From contig OZ245040.1 of NCBI GenBank assembly GCA_965224195.1, positions 288,001-352,000 of the forward strand: a stretch of DNA of 64,000 bases, in the 5' to 3' direction. Source of the stretch: Nitrosopumilus sp. (GTDB taxonomy: Archaea > Thermoproteota > Nitrososphaeria > Nitrososphaerales > Nitrosopumilaceae). The notes under the pieces were generated by a model. The model searched no databases. It was not told the origin of the DNA and worked only from the letters and a program-made list of their open reading frames with translations. Both the position numbers and the translations under genes were made by a program. Every line of letters begins with the position of its first letter. The stretch's first letter is position 1. Below are positions 1 to 9,557 of this stretch, in pieces.

Positions 1-439
1 CTACTAATTGCATGTTCTACTTTTATTCTGATTTTACTTTGTAACTTGTTCCAATCCTTTTGAGATGCAGTCAACTCTTTTCCTTTTTTTCTCTTGTATG
101 GTAAGATGCTAGTTTGTTTTGGGAAATCTTTCTCAACACCCAAATATCCAAGATCATAAAATACCATTAAATCTTCAGATAAAACAGGATATTTTATTTT
201 CAGTATTGCGTAATCATTTCTTCGTCCAAGGGAATGTGGAGGTTTGTGAATAATCTCACCATTCAGGTTAATCGTAATTTGATTTTTGATTGTATGTCTT
301 TTCTTTTTGCCTGAATAGTGAGTTTTTCTCTTCTTCTTATTTTTTAGTCTTGGGATTTGCTGTTCTGTTCCATCAGTAATTGCAATCAGTTCAGGAAAGA
401 ATTCCTGCAGTTGCTGTATGTCGTTAATCTTTTTTGAAT
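1..439 (-). mobile_element. IS5-family (ISL2/IS702-like, DDE_Tnp_4) transposase fragment, 5'-truncated, running off the window start
   Basis: Minus strand reads SKKINDIQQLQEFFPELIAITDGTEQ...YSGKKKRHT...DLGY...VEHAIS. Bases 1-397 are the reverse complement of 1218-1614, and homology to the 49.4-50.1 kb copy stops near 439. Confidence 0.9.
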
Positions 440-615
440 GTTATGTTATCTGATACTTTGGTCAAAACTAGGCTGGATTTTCAACTGATGGTAAATTCGG
501 GTGACAGAGTGGTTCAGTTAGGGTTACCAACGCCTTAACATTGCAAAGCTGACAACAAACAACCTCTCTTTTTTTATTTTAAAATGTTAAAATACAACTA
601 TACTAAATTATTATT

Positions 616-759
616 ATGGCATCAAAGCGCATAACCATTATGATTGATGAGAAAAATCACGCCAAAATACGTAAAATTCAGGCTAAGAGAATTCTAAATG
701 AGAATCGCGCTGTTAGTTTTTCTCAAGTCATTAATGATCAATTAGCAAAAAGTTTCTAA
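616..759 (+). CDS. Small ribbon-helix-helix-like DNA-binding protein (47 aa, not in ORF track)
   Basis: MASKRITIMIDEKNHAKIRKIQAKRILNENRAVSFSQVINDQLAKSF has an alternating beta-strand (KRITIMID), a helix, then an SFSQVIN helix, as expected for RHH. Confidence 0.75.
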   Translation: MASKRITIMIDEKNHAKIRKIQAKRILNENRAVSFSQVINDQLAKSF

Positions 760-772
760 AAATCTAGTTTCT

Positions 773-799
773 GTGTATGGTATAATCCATACACTTTTT
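773..799 (+). terminator. Perfect 8-bp inverted repeat followed by a T-run (terminator or operator)
   Basis: GTGTATGG-tataat-CCATACAC-TTTTT begins 13 bp after the RHH stop codon. Confidence 0.4.
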
Positions 800-857
800 G
801 TAAAATACCTCAGTTAATTTATTGTTCTCCAATGATTTTATTTTAGTATGTACTTTT

Positions 858-1121
858 ATGAAAACTATATTCTGTCTGATGCGTAAAAGTCATGCCTCAG
901 TACATTGCACAGATGTCAATCCAAAATAGTTAAATCACGCATACGGATCACCCCAAGCCATGATGTGTGATATATGCCAAAAAGAGATAGGTGGGGCAGC
1001 ACCGCACTTTTACATCCACTTTACTACCAAGATGGACGGCATGCATGATCTGTCAAAACGAAGAGTAAAAAAGATTATGAAGCGCAAGTTTCCCCAAGAT
1101 CTATTCACTAAAAAATTATGA
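858..1121 (+). pseudogene. Small Cys/His-rich (Zn-finger-like) ORF with in-frame TAG at 927-929; 960-1121 is open (53 aa)
   Basis: MKTIFCLMRKSHASVHCTDVNPK*LNHAYGSPQAMMCDICQKEIGGAAPHFYIHF...KKL*, with a CxxC...HxxxH pattern. Its stop overlaps the ATG at 1118 (ATGA). Confidence 0.4.
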
Positions 1122-1217
1122 ATGCAATACGTAAAACAGTCTGGAAGGGATCAGATAGGCAATGTAGCATCAGCGGCAGCAGAACGCAGACCCGTAAGTT
1201 ACAACACATCTTACGCA

Positions 1218-1806
1218 TTCCTGAACTGATTGCAATTACTGATGGAACAGAACAGCAAATCCCAAGACTAAAAAATAAGAAGAAGAGAAAAACTCACTAT
1301 TCAGGCAAAAAGAAAAGACATACAATCAAAAATCAAATTACGATTAACCTGAATGGTGAGATTATTCACAAACCTCCACATTCCCTTGGACGAAGAAATG
1401 ATTACGCAATACTGAAAATAAAATATCCTGTTTTATCTGAAGATTTAATGGTATTTTATGATCTTGGATATTTGGGTGTTGAGAAAGATTTCCCAAAACA
1501 AACTAGCATCTTACCATACAAGAGAAAAAAAGGAAAAGAGTTGACTGCATCTCAAAAGGATTGGAACAAGTTACAAAGTAAAATCAGAATAAAAGTAGAA
1601 CATGCAATTAGTAGAATAAAGAAATTTAGAATCAATTCAGAAACATTTAGGAATAGATTGTGCAGATATGATGGAACAAGTGACATTGTTTGTGGAATTA
1701 TTAATTTCAAGATAAAATGGAGAGAAGAATTCATGGCAATTTCATAAAATTAGAATCTGTCAAGAATGAAAGATGGTATTTTGTTTCTAATTATGCAAGA
1801 GGTCTA
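1218..1806 (+). mobile_element. IS5-family (ISL2/IS702-like) right half: transposase 3' part (stop 1747) plus terminal repeat
   Basis: DGTEQ, DLGY and VEH (DDE) motifs are present. It ends in TTATGCAAGAGGTCTA (1791-1806), resembling IS702-type termini. The first 33 aa of ORF 1118-1747 are not transposase. Confidence 0.9.
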
Positions 1807-2953
1807 CCAAAGTTTGTTGCATTATTTGGTGAGACAGTTGAGCTTATACCATTAAGGTTAGTTAGGATAGAATCATCGTTATCTGCAATGGTTAGTACTG
1901 CGTTAGCAGCACCTTGTGCGTTAGTATCAATTAGAAGTCTACAGTTGTCTTCACACATTAGTGAATCTACTGTACCATCTATGTTGATTGCTGCACCACC
2001 ACTTGCACCATTTTCATCGAATACTTGGTAGTGTGCACCACGTGATGTGGCGTTATCTACGTTTGTACCAAATGTCCAAGAGTCTTCATCAGTTGGGTTA
2101 ATGTTTAGCCATGAGTCAGTAATTGTTGTGTGTATTTGTGATCCTTGAGGATATACAGTTCTATCTAAACTTGAACCGGCGAATTCGTCGACATCATCAA
2201 AAGTAAGTGTTACTGATTGAGCATTACCTGCTGGATTGTATTGTACGACTACGTCACCCTTGTCTGAGTTTAGAGGATAGAACTGAATAAATGGCCAAAT
2301 TGAACTAGAAGCACCATCAGTTGCTACTGTGGTTTCGACTCCGATTTGTCCTACTGGCATGTTTGTATTTTCATTTACATCTTTTGATTCTCTCAAAACA
2401 TTTTGTGTAAATGCACCTGCTGCATTACCCGTGACACAAGCTGCAGCGATGTCACCACCAGTTGCGCTTCCATCGGTTAATTCTGTGGTCATTTGAGAGC
2501 GTTTGCAAATGCGACACCAACGGTATCACCAAATGAAACGGCTGATAGAGTACCTGCAGATGTTGCACTACAGAATACACCAAAGTCTAATCCAGCGCCA
2601 GCATTACCTGCTGCAGTTGAATCGGCTATTTGTGCTTGATCTCTATCGGCGAAGTAACCATACCAGTTACCATCAATACCTTGAACCATTCTCAGGATCT
2701 TACCGTTGATTGTAACGTCTGGCTCACCTTTTCCCTCGTCAGTATCATTAATATTAGAATCAATTATGACTACCTCAATTACTTGAGGTCCTGACATGTA
2801 ATTGCCAAAGTCTGAGTTTTCTGCGGAAACAAATAGGTTAGCGTTGGTTGCAAATGCTGGTTCCATTCCTGGAACTGCAAATGTTAAACCACCGGCTAAC
2901 ATAATTGTCATTAATGTAAGACTAGTTATTTTACGTCCTATTTCGTTATTCAT
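1807..2953 (-). pseudogene. slaA: S-layer protein (SlaA-like) N-terminal part, frameshifted near 2490 and truncated by the IS end near 1806
   Basis: MNNEIGRKITSLTLMTIMLAGG...NANLFVSAENS...GPQVIEVV...GEPDVT...GNWYGYFAD, followed in another frame by WPFIQ...NINPTDEDSWTF. The final RPLA* is IS sequence. Confidence 0.85.
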
Positions 2954-3168
2954 GTTATTGATATTTTTCTTAAAAATTAGTATAAAATGCTAATAGACGA
3001 ATTGTCCACAATTATCAGTTTTTTTGTAATTATTTTAGTAAATATCTAAATTTATTCAAATTTTTATATTATTTAATCATAATAAATACAGTTTATCATA
3101 TGAAATAGAAAATGATCCTTAAATTTTATATGTTTTATGTATGATTTATGAAATTTTTGTAGCCTATT

Positions 3169-4500
3169 TTATGCCTTGATCTCTTGTCCTAGTAGAGTTT
3201 TGTATAATGATATAGCATCAGATTCATCTTTTGGTCCTACAACAACAGCTGATCCTTTTTTCATGAAACTGACAGATAATTCATTTGTTCTCAAAGATAA
3301 TCCCAAGTCGCCCTGATTATCAATTATGAATCCTTTTTCTTTTCCAATTGCAGTAACACCATTAACATCAAGATCAAATGTTTGTGTAGGTGTAATAGAA
3401 TAAGTTCTCTTACCGCGATTACGTCCACACAATTCTTCTAAAATTAATTCTTCTTTTTCTACAACATCTAGTTTTCCTGTTCCACATATTGGACATTCTT
3501 CAGCTTTGAATGTTCTAGTACTGTTAAAGTCTAAATTTTCCAAATCAATATGTAAAATTCTTTCAGAAAGATTAGGGATTTTTCCAGTAATTATTTTGAC
3601 TGCTTCTGCAACTTCAATTGCACCAACAATAGAAAGTATTGGTGGATGAACTCCTTCAATACTACATGTCGGCATTGAATCTTCATCAAGTGATGGAAAC
3701 ATGCAATAATAACACGCAGATTTTTTTGGTAAAACAGTAAAAACTTGTCCAGATGTTCCAACTGCAGCTCCTGTAACAAATGGAATTCCATAATTTACGC
3801 AAGCTTTGTTTAATGCATATCTTGCATTTACACTGTCAAGTGCATCAATTACTATGTCACATCCTTCAACAACTTCTAATGCAGTATAATCATTTACAGA
3901 TACAGCTAGAGCTTCAATTTTACAATCAGGATTTAATTTCTGTAATTTTTTCGCAGCAACCTCAACTTTAACTTGACCGACATCATCTTCATCAAACATC
4001 ATTTGTCTATGTAAATTAGATAATTCTATTACATCTCTATCAACAATACGTAAAGTTCCAACACCCATTGTAGCTAATCTAGATATTATTGGATGACCTA
4101 AACCTCCAGTTCCAACAATACAAACTTTAGAATTTTTCAATTTTAATTGTCCGGCGTATCCAATTTCTTCAAGCATTACTTGTCGTGAGAATTTATCAAG
4201 TTCTTTTGGAGATAACTCTTCAGAGCCACCTGCAACTGCAGGTAATATGTAAACTTCATCACCATCTTTTAGAGCAGTTTCCATACCGCTAGAAAACTTT
4301 GCATTCTTTCCATTGATGTAGATATTTATCAATGAGCGTGGCGTTCCATCACCTTCCAAAACTCTACGCTTAAAATCATCACCCATAATTTCTGAAATTT
4401 TTGCAAATGCATCAGTAAGAGAATCAGATGAGATCTCAGTTTTCTTCTCTCCTCCACTTTGATTTAGTACAGACGGAATTGTAAATGTGATATTGGCCAT
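3169..4500 (-). CDS. Ubiquitin-like (ThiS/MoaD/SAMP) domain fused to ThiF/MoeB E1-like adenylyltransferase
   Basis: N-terminal beta-grasp ends ILPAVAGG, followed by GTGGLG, DVIELSNLHRQ, CYYC, PTC and CPIC motifs. Confidence 0.9.
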   Translation of the reverse strand: MANITFTIPSVLNQSGGEKKTEISSDSLTDAFAKISEIMGDDFKRRVLEGDGTPRSLINIYINGKNAKFSSGMETALKDGDEVYILPAVAGGSEELSPKELDKFSRQVMLEEIGYAGQLKLKNSKVCIVGTGGLGHPIISRLATMGVGTLRIVDRDVIELSNLHRQMMFDEDDVGQVKVEVAAKKLQKLNPDCKIEALAVSVNDYTALEVVEGCDIVIDALDSVNARYALNKACVNYGIPFVTGAAVGTSGQVFTVLPKKSACYYCMFPSLDEDSMPTCSIEGVHPPILSIVGAIEVAEAVKIITGKIPNLSERILHIDLENLDFNSTRTFKAEECPICGTGKLDVVEKEELILEELCGRNRGKRTYSITPTQTFDLDVNGVTAIGKEKGFIIDNQGDLGLSLRTNELSVSFMKKGSAVVVGPKDESDAISLYKTLLGQEIKA

Positions 4501-5720
4501 TAGTTTACTACCGCCGATATTTCATTTACATCTGCTTTCATCACTCTTGGTTTTTGTAAAACTTCCATGATTGATTCGGTAGCCTTTAGACCATTACCAG
4601 TAACATAGCATACTACTTTGTCATTTCTATCAATTTTTCCTTGTTCAACCATTTTCTGAAGAACAGAGATAGAAACTCCACCTGCAGGTTCTGTAAATAT
4701 TCCTTCAGTTTGCGCAAGAAGTAAAATTGCATCAAGGATTTCTTTGTTATTGCATTCTTCTGCAAATCCATTATACTGTTGTAATCGCTTCAAAACATAT
4801 CGACCATCACCAGGATCACCTATTGCTAAACTCTTTGCAACAGTGTCAGGGTATTCAACTGGAATTACTTCTTTACTATTTTTCTTAAACGCATCAACTA
4901 TTGGTGCACATCCATGTGGTTGTGCTGCAATCATGTGCATATTTGAAACATTATCAAGTAGTGAGACGGTTTGTAATTCTTCGAATCCCTTACAAATAGC
5001 ATTAAGCATTGCGCCACTTCCTACTGGAACTATAAGTTGATCAGGAACTTGCCAATCAAGTTGCTCTGCAACTTCAAATGAAAATGTTTTAGAACCTTCT
5101 ACATAGTGTGAACGCATGTTAATGTTTACTATACCAATTCCTTTACTGTCACCAATTTGTGCAGCTATGGTGTTGGCATCATCATATGTTCCATCAACTG
5201 CAATGTAATTTGCACCATAAGATAGTGCTTGTGTAATTTTTGCCATCTCAATATTACTTGGGGCAAATACATGACAAGGTAAATCTGCTTTAGCTGCATG
5301 TGCTGCAGTTGCAGATGCTAAATTACCAGTTGATGCACATCCAACTGATGTCAATCCAAATTCTTTAGCTTTAGATATTGCAACTCCAGCAGGCCTATCT
5401 TTGAATGAAAATGTTGGATTTACCGAATCATTTTTTATGTAAAGATTGTTTAATCCTAATTTTTTTCCAAGGTTATCAGCCTTGATAAGAGGAGTCATTC
5501 CAGCTCCAATACTTACAATGTTTGATTTTTCTTCTATTGGTAATAATTCAAAATATCGCCAATAGGTAGATTCGCGATTTGCAAATGTATCTTTTGTAAT
5601 TATAGGAAAATTATATTTTACATCGAGTGGTCCGAAACAGTCATCACAGATGTACTTGAAAGCAGTGTCATACTCTTTTTTACATTCTCTGCATTGTAGT
5701 GAAGTTCTAGTCAAGATCAA
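4500..5720 (-). CDS. thrC: Threonine synthase-like PLP enzyme
   Basis: NPTFSFKDR, ASTGN and EPAGG motifs, plus an N-terminal CxxC...CxxC ribbon. Confidence 0.9.
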   Translation of the reverse strand: MILTRTSLQCRECKKEYDTAFKYICDDCFGPLDVKYNFPIITKDTFANRESTYWRYFELLPIEEKSNIVSIGAGMTPLIKADNLGKKLGLNNLYIKNDSVNPTFSFKDRPAGVAISKAKEFGLTSVGCASTGNLASATAAHAAKADLPCHVFAPSNIEMAKITQALSYGANYIAVDGTYDDANTIAAQIGDSKGIGIVNINMRSHYVEGSKTFSFEVAEQLDWQVPDQLIVPVGSGAMLNAICKGFEELQTVSLLDNVSNMHMIAAQPHGCAPIVDAFKKNSKEVIPVEYPDTVAKSLAIGDPGDGRYVLKRLQQYNGFAEECNNKEILDAILLLAQTEGIFTEPAGGVSISVLQKMVEQGKIDRNDKVVCYVTGNGLKATESIMEVLQKPRVMKADVNEISAVVN

Positions 5721-5911
5721 TATCTCCTTTGCGAATATAGATAAAAAATCCTAATATCAAGTTAAGTAATACTTAATTTTAAGGATTAAAAATATAGTGA
5801 TGCATATTATTCATACGGGGAAAAATAGGAAAACAGAAGTTTAGAGTGTAAAAAAATCAAATTTTTGGAATTATGAGAAAGGTATTTAGATATTTTTGAA
5901 AGTGTATTTTC

Positions 5912-6480
5912 ATGAATAGTAAAATTGCAATTCCAATAGTTATCAGTATAATCATAGTGGCAGTTGGAATCTTTGCAATTACCAATCAAGAATCAAAAAT
6001 AATTAAAGTTGAAGATACTATAAATGAAGAATTACAACCAACAGATGAAATTACTCCAGAGATTAAAGAAAAAATAGATGAAATAGAGAAAGTAAATTTA
6101 GAAAATGAATATTCACCAAAAGACAGAGAATGGATCACTTCAGGACCATTTCAAATTGATCGTAGTGAATATATCTTAGGTGAGAAAATTTTTCTAAGAA
6201 CATCAGGATTAGAATATAATGAAAAAGGTGAAACTGCATTTCTAAGACCTTTAAACAGTACACATTATTCGGTGTATCTTACTATTTCATTTGACGGTTT
6301 AGATAATGCAGTATATAATTATTATTTAGAACCACAACTTTCAAAATTAAAGGGGCATTGTACTGTAGATGATTTTATTGGAGATTGGTATTTAGAGGAA
6401 CAAATTATCCCAATCTAGAATTTAAAATAACAAAACAAATACTACCAGGAGAAGAAAGTTCGTTTGAACCTGTATGTTAA
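5912..6480 (+). pseudogene. Membrane-anchored thaumarchaeal hypothetical protein, frameshifted near 6388
   Basis: N-terminal TM segment. After IGDW another frame continues VFRGTNYPNLEFKITKQILPGEESSFEPVC* to 6480, ending next to the hisI stop. Confidence 0.65.
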
Positions 6481-6481
6481 T

Positions 6482-6811
6482 TTATTTTTCTAAAGAATTA
6501 TGAAAACAAACTTTATCACCCAAGTGACAAGCAGGTCCTAAAGGTTCTACCAAGTAAATAATTGCATCAAAATCACAATCAACTAAAATTTCTTTAATTT
6601 TTTGAGTGTTGCCAGATTCTTCTCCTTTCATCCAAAGTTTATTTCTTGAACGACTCCAAAACCAAGAGTTCCCAGTTTTTTTGGCAAGTTCTAAAGATTC
6701 TTTATTTGTATAAGCTAAAGTTAAAACATCTTTTGTATTTGCATCTTGAACAATTACAGGTACAAGACCACCACTTTTCTCAAAATCTATTTCATCAATA
6801 ATTTTTTTCAT
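6482..6811 (-). CDS. hisI: Phosphoribosyl-AMP cyclohydrolase
   Basis: WSRSR, WMKGEESGN, DCDxD and GPACH motifs. Confidence 0.95.
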   Translation of the reverse strand: MKKIIDEIDFEKSGGLVPVIVQDANTKDVLTLAYTNKESLELAKKTGNSWFWSRSRNKLWMKGEESGNTQKIKEILVDCDFDAIIYLVEPLGPACHLGDKVCFHNSLEK

Positions 6812-6835
6812 AATTACAAATACAAAAAATAGCTA

Positions 6836-7639
6836 TTATAATCTTACAGGAATATCCCTATCTTTCAAATATGATTTTACACCATTTACTCCATGAGTTT
6901 CATAATGAAATATTGAAGCAGCTAAAGCAGCATCTACATTTGATTCCTTGAAAACGTTAATCATATCATCAGGTTTTCCACAACCTCCAGAAGCAATAAC
7001 AGGAATAGATACTGAATTAACGACATTTTTAGTCAGTAAAATATCATATCCATCTTTAGTTCCATCTTTATCAATACTTGTAAGAAGAATCTCCCCTGCA
7101 CCTAATTTTTCAGCATCTTTAACCCATTGAATAACATCTATTCCAGTACCTTCTTTCCCACCATAAATGAAAACTTCAAACCAAAATTGTTCATCATTTT
7201 CAGTAAAAATATTTTTTGACTCATCAATTTTAAAATTTCTTTTTGCATCAACAGCTATCACAATACATTGGCGTCCAAATAATTCCATTAATTCTGTAAT
7301 AACTTTAGGATTTTTTATTGCTCCAGTGTTAATTCCTACTTTATCTGCGCCATTTAGTAAAATATTTCTAGCATCTTCTAATGATTTTACTCCACCACCA
7401 ACAGTAAATGGGATGTCAATTACTGATGCAACTTTTCGTACCAGATCTTTGAGAGTTTTTCTCTGTTCGTCTGATGCAGTAATATCTAAAAAAACTAGTT
7501 CGTCTGCTCCTTCATTGCTATATTTTTCTGCTAGTTCTACAGGATCTCCAGCATCTTTAATTGATTCAAAGTTTAATCCTTTTACCACTCTTCCATTTTT
7601 TACATCTAAACATGGAATAATTCGTTTAGTTAATGTCAT
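6836..7639 (-). CDS. hisF: Imidazole glycerol phosphate synthase, cyclase subunit
   Basis: [18 protein letters not shown] and LTSIDKDGT motifs. Confidence 0.97.
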   Translation of the reverse strand: MTLTKRIIPCLDVKNGRVVKGLNFESIKDAGDPVELAEKYSNEGADELVFLDITASDEQRKTLKDLVRKVASVIDIPFTVGGGVKSLEDARNILLNGADKVGINTGAIKNPKVITELMELFGRQCIVIAVDAKRNFKIDESKNIFTENDEQFWFEVFIYGGKEGTGIDVIQWVKDAEKLGAGEILLTSIDKDGTKDGYDILLTKNVVNSVSIPVIASGGCGKPDDMINVFKESNVDAALAASIFHYETHGVNGVKSYLKDRDIPVRL

Positions 7640-8343
7640 GATAATTTTTTTGCATCCTCAACGGATATTTTTCTCTCATATAGTGCTTTTCCAAGAATTA
7701 CTCCAAAAGCATTTTTTTCTTTTACATCTTTAATATCATCAAGATTAGAAATCCCTCCACTTGCAATGATATTTGTTTTAGGTAAATTACATGCCTGTTC
7801 TAAAAATTCCAAATCTGGACCTTCCATAGTTCCATCACGACTAACATTTGTTAATAAGAATTCAGTAAAACCCATTTCAAGAAATTCATTAATTGCAGAA
7901 ATTAATTTAATTCCAGTATCTTTTTGCCAACCATTAATTACAATTTCACCATCTTTATGATCAACTGAAATTACAATTTTTTCCGGACCTAGCTCGGTTA
8001 ATAATAATTTTAGAAGGGATTTATCTTTGAATGCTAAAGTTCCCAGCACAATTCGTTCAGATAATTTTACAATTTCTAAAACTGATGATTCATCTCGTAA
8101 TCCACCAGCAACTTCAACAGGAATTGAAACGGATTCAAGGATTTTTTTAATTATATCCAAATTAGATCCAATTCCCAATGTTGCATCTAAATCAACTAAG
8201 TGAAGAATATCAGCACCTGCTGCTTCCCAACGTTGTGCAATTTCTATAGGATTATCACTATACACAGTTTTTTGGCTTGGATTTCCTTTGTACAATCGAA
8301 CTACTTTACCATCCATTAAATCAATAGCAGGAATTATTTTCAT
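7636..8343 (-). CDS. hisA: ProFAR isomerase
   Basis: IIPAIDL, VVRLYKG, HLVDLD and RDGTMEGPD motifs. Confidence 0.96.
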   Translation of the reverse strand: MKIIPAIDLMDGKVVRLYKGNPSQKTVYSDNPIEIAQRWEAAGADILHLVDLDATLGIGSNLDIIKKILESVSIPVEVAGGLRDESSVLEIVKLSERIVLGTLAFKDKSLLKLLLTELGPEKIVISVDHKDGEIVINGWQKDTGIKLISAINEFLEMGFTEFLLTNVSRDGTMEGPDLEFLEQACNLPKTNIIASGGISNLDDIKDVKEKNAFGVILGKALYERKISVEDAKKLS

Positions 8344-8945
8344 TTTTTACACTCTTTGAGAAAATTCTCCAGCATTATTTTTCCTACAGTGCTAGATTTT
8401 TCAGGATGAAATTGAGTACCATAGAAATTATCTTGTTCCACTACAGCAGGTACTTTTATCCCATAATCAGACTCGGCAGTAATTACATCATTTGATTCAG
8501 GTTTTACTCTATACGAATGAACAAAATAAGCCCATGAACCATTTTCAACCCCTTCAAGAATTTTTCCAGGTTTTTTTATTTCAAGATTATTCCATCCCAT
8601 GTGTGGCACTTTCATACTAGAAGGAAGTATAACCACTTCGCCATCAATAACATTCAAACCTTTCTCTTTTCCTTCTTCACTTTTTTCAAAAAACATTTCC
8701 ATTCCAAGACAAATACCTAGAACAGGCACATTCCCAACATATTCTTTAAATTTGATTTTAGAAAAATCTCTAATACTATTCATAGCAGGATCAAAATTTC
8801 CTACACCAGGAAGTAACAAACCAGAATATGTATTTTTATTATCAAAAGTAGTTATTACATCTACTGTTGCTCCTACTTTTTCAAGGGAGTTTTTTAAACT
8901 GAAAATATTTCCAGCGCCATAATCAAAAATTGCAACACTTACCAT
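8340..8945 (-). CDS. hisH: Imidazole glycerol phosphate synthase, glutaminase subunit
   Basis: DYGAGN, PGVG, GICLG, PHMGWN and QFHPEKS motifs. Confidence 0.97.
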   Translation of the reverse strand: MVSVAIFDYGAGNIFSLKNSLEKVGATVDVITTFDNKNTYSGLLLPGVGNFDPAMNSIRDFSKIKFKEYVGNVPVLGICLGMEMFFEKSEEGKEKGLNVIDGEVVILPSSMKVPHMGWNNLEIKKPGKILEGVENGSWAYFVHSYRVKPESNDVITAESDYGIKVPAVVEQDNFYGTQFHPEKSSTVGKIMLENFLKECKK

Positions 8946-9541
8946 TACATTGAACCTTTAGTACTTGGAATTCCTTTTTGTTTTTTATCTAGTGAAGATG
9001 CATTTCTTAATGTAACTGCAAGTGATTTTATAGCAGCCTCAACTTTGTGGTGATCATTATCTCCATACTTTACAGTAAGGTGAATACAACTATTGAGATT
9101 TTGTAATAAAGATTGGAAGAAATGTTCAAGATCTTCTTTGGATATATCTTCAATCTTATTACGTTTAATAGATAATGTCAATTTCCAAAATGGACGTTTT
9201 ACTAAATCAATTGAAGCCTCAGCAAGAGATTCATCCATCGGAACAGAAGCATAGCTAAATCTAGTAATTCCACTTCTAGAACTTAGTGCCTTGTCAATTG
9301 TTTGTCCTATTGTAATTGCAGTGTCTTCAATCAAATGATGTTCTATACCATCATTTGACTTTGCATCAACTTTAAGATCCATCATACCATGTTTTCCAAA
9401 TGAAACAATCAAGTGATCAAGAAAATTTATTCCAGTTTTAATTACAGTTTTTCCTGAACCATCAAGATTTACAGATACAAAAACACTCGTTTCTTTTGTA
9501 TTTCGTTTAATTGATGCCTTTCTTGGTGTCATTTTTCTCAC
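8945..9541 (-). CDS. hisB: Imidazoleglycerol-phosphate dehydratase
   Basis: RNTKET, HHLIED, PMDE, NDHHKVE and PSTKG motifs. Confidence 0.97.
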   Translation of the reverse strand: MRKMTPRKASIKRNTKETSVFVSVNLDGSGKTVIKTGINFLDHLIVSFGKHGMMDLKVDAKSNDGIEHHLIEDTAITIGQTIDKALSSRSGITRFSYASVPMDESLAEASIDLVKRPFWKLTLSIKRNKIEDISKEDLEHFFQSLLQNLNSCIHLTVKYGDNDHHKVEAAIKSLAVTLRNASSLDKKQKGIPSTKGSM

Positions 9542-9557
9542 AGATTATGTAATTGCA

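Noticed and set aside
470-575. Possible structured ncRNA in the GC-richer cargo stretch (GGTGAC/GTTACC pairing)
   Set aside because: Only a short imperfect stem is present, which is equally explained as a gene 3' remnant, so support is insufficient.
1118-1747. ORF as a complete transposase
   Set aside because: The first 33 aa come from cargo and the N-terminal HTH region is missing.
1717-2993. Plus-strand ORFs 1717-2031, 2503-2709 and 2802-2993
   Set aside because: They are antisense shadows of the S-layer gene or IS end, with no recognisable motifs.
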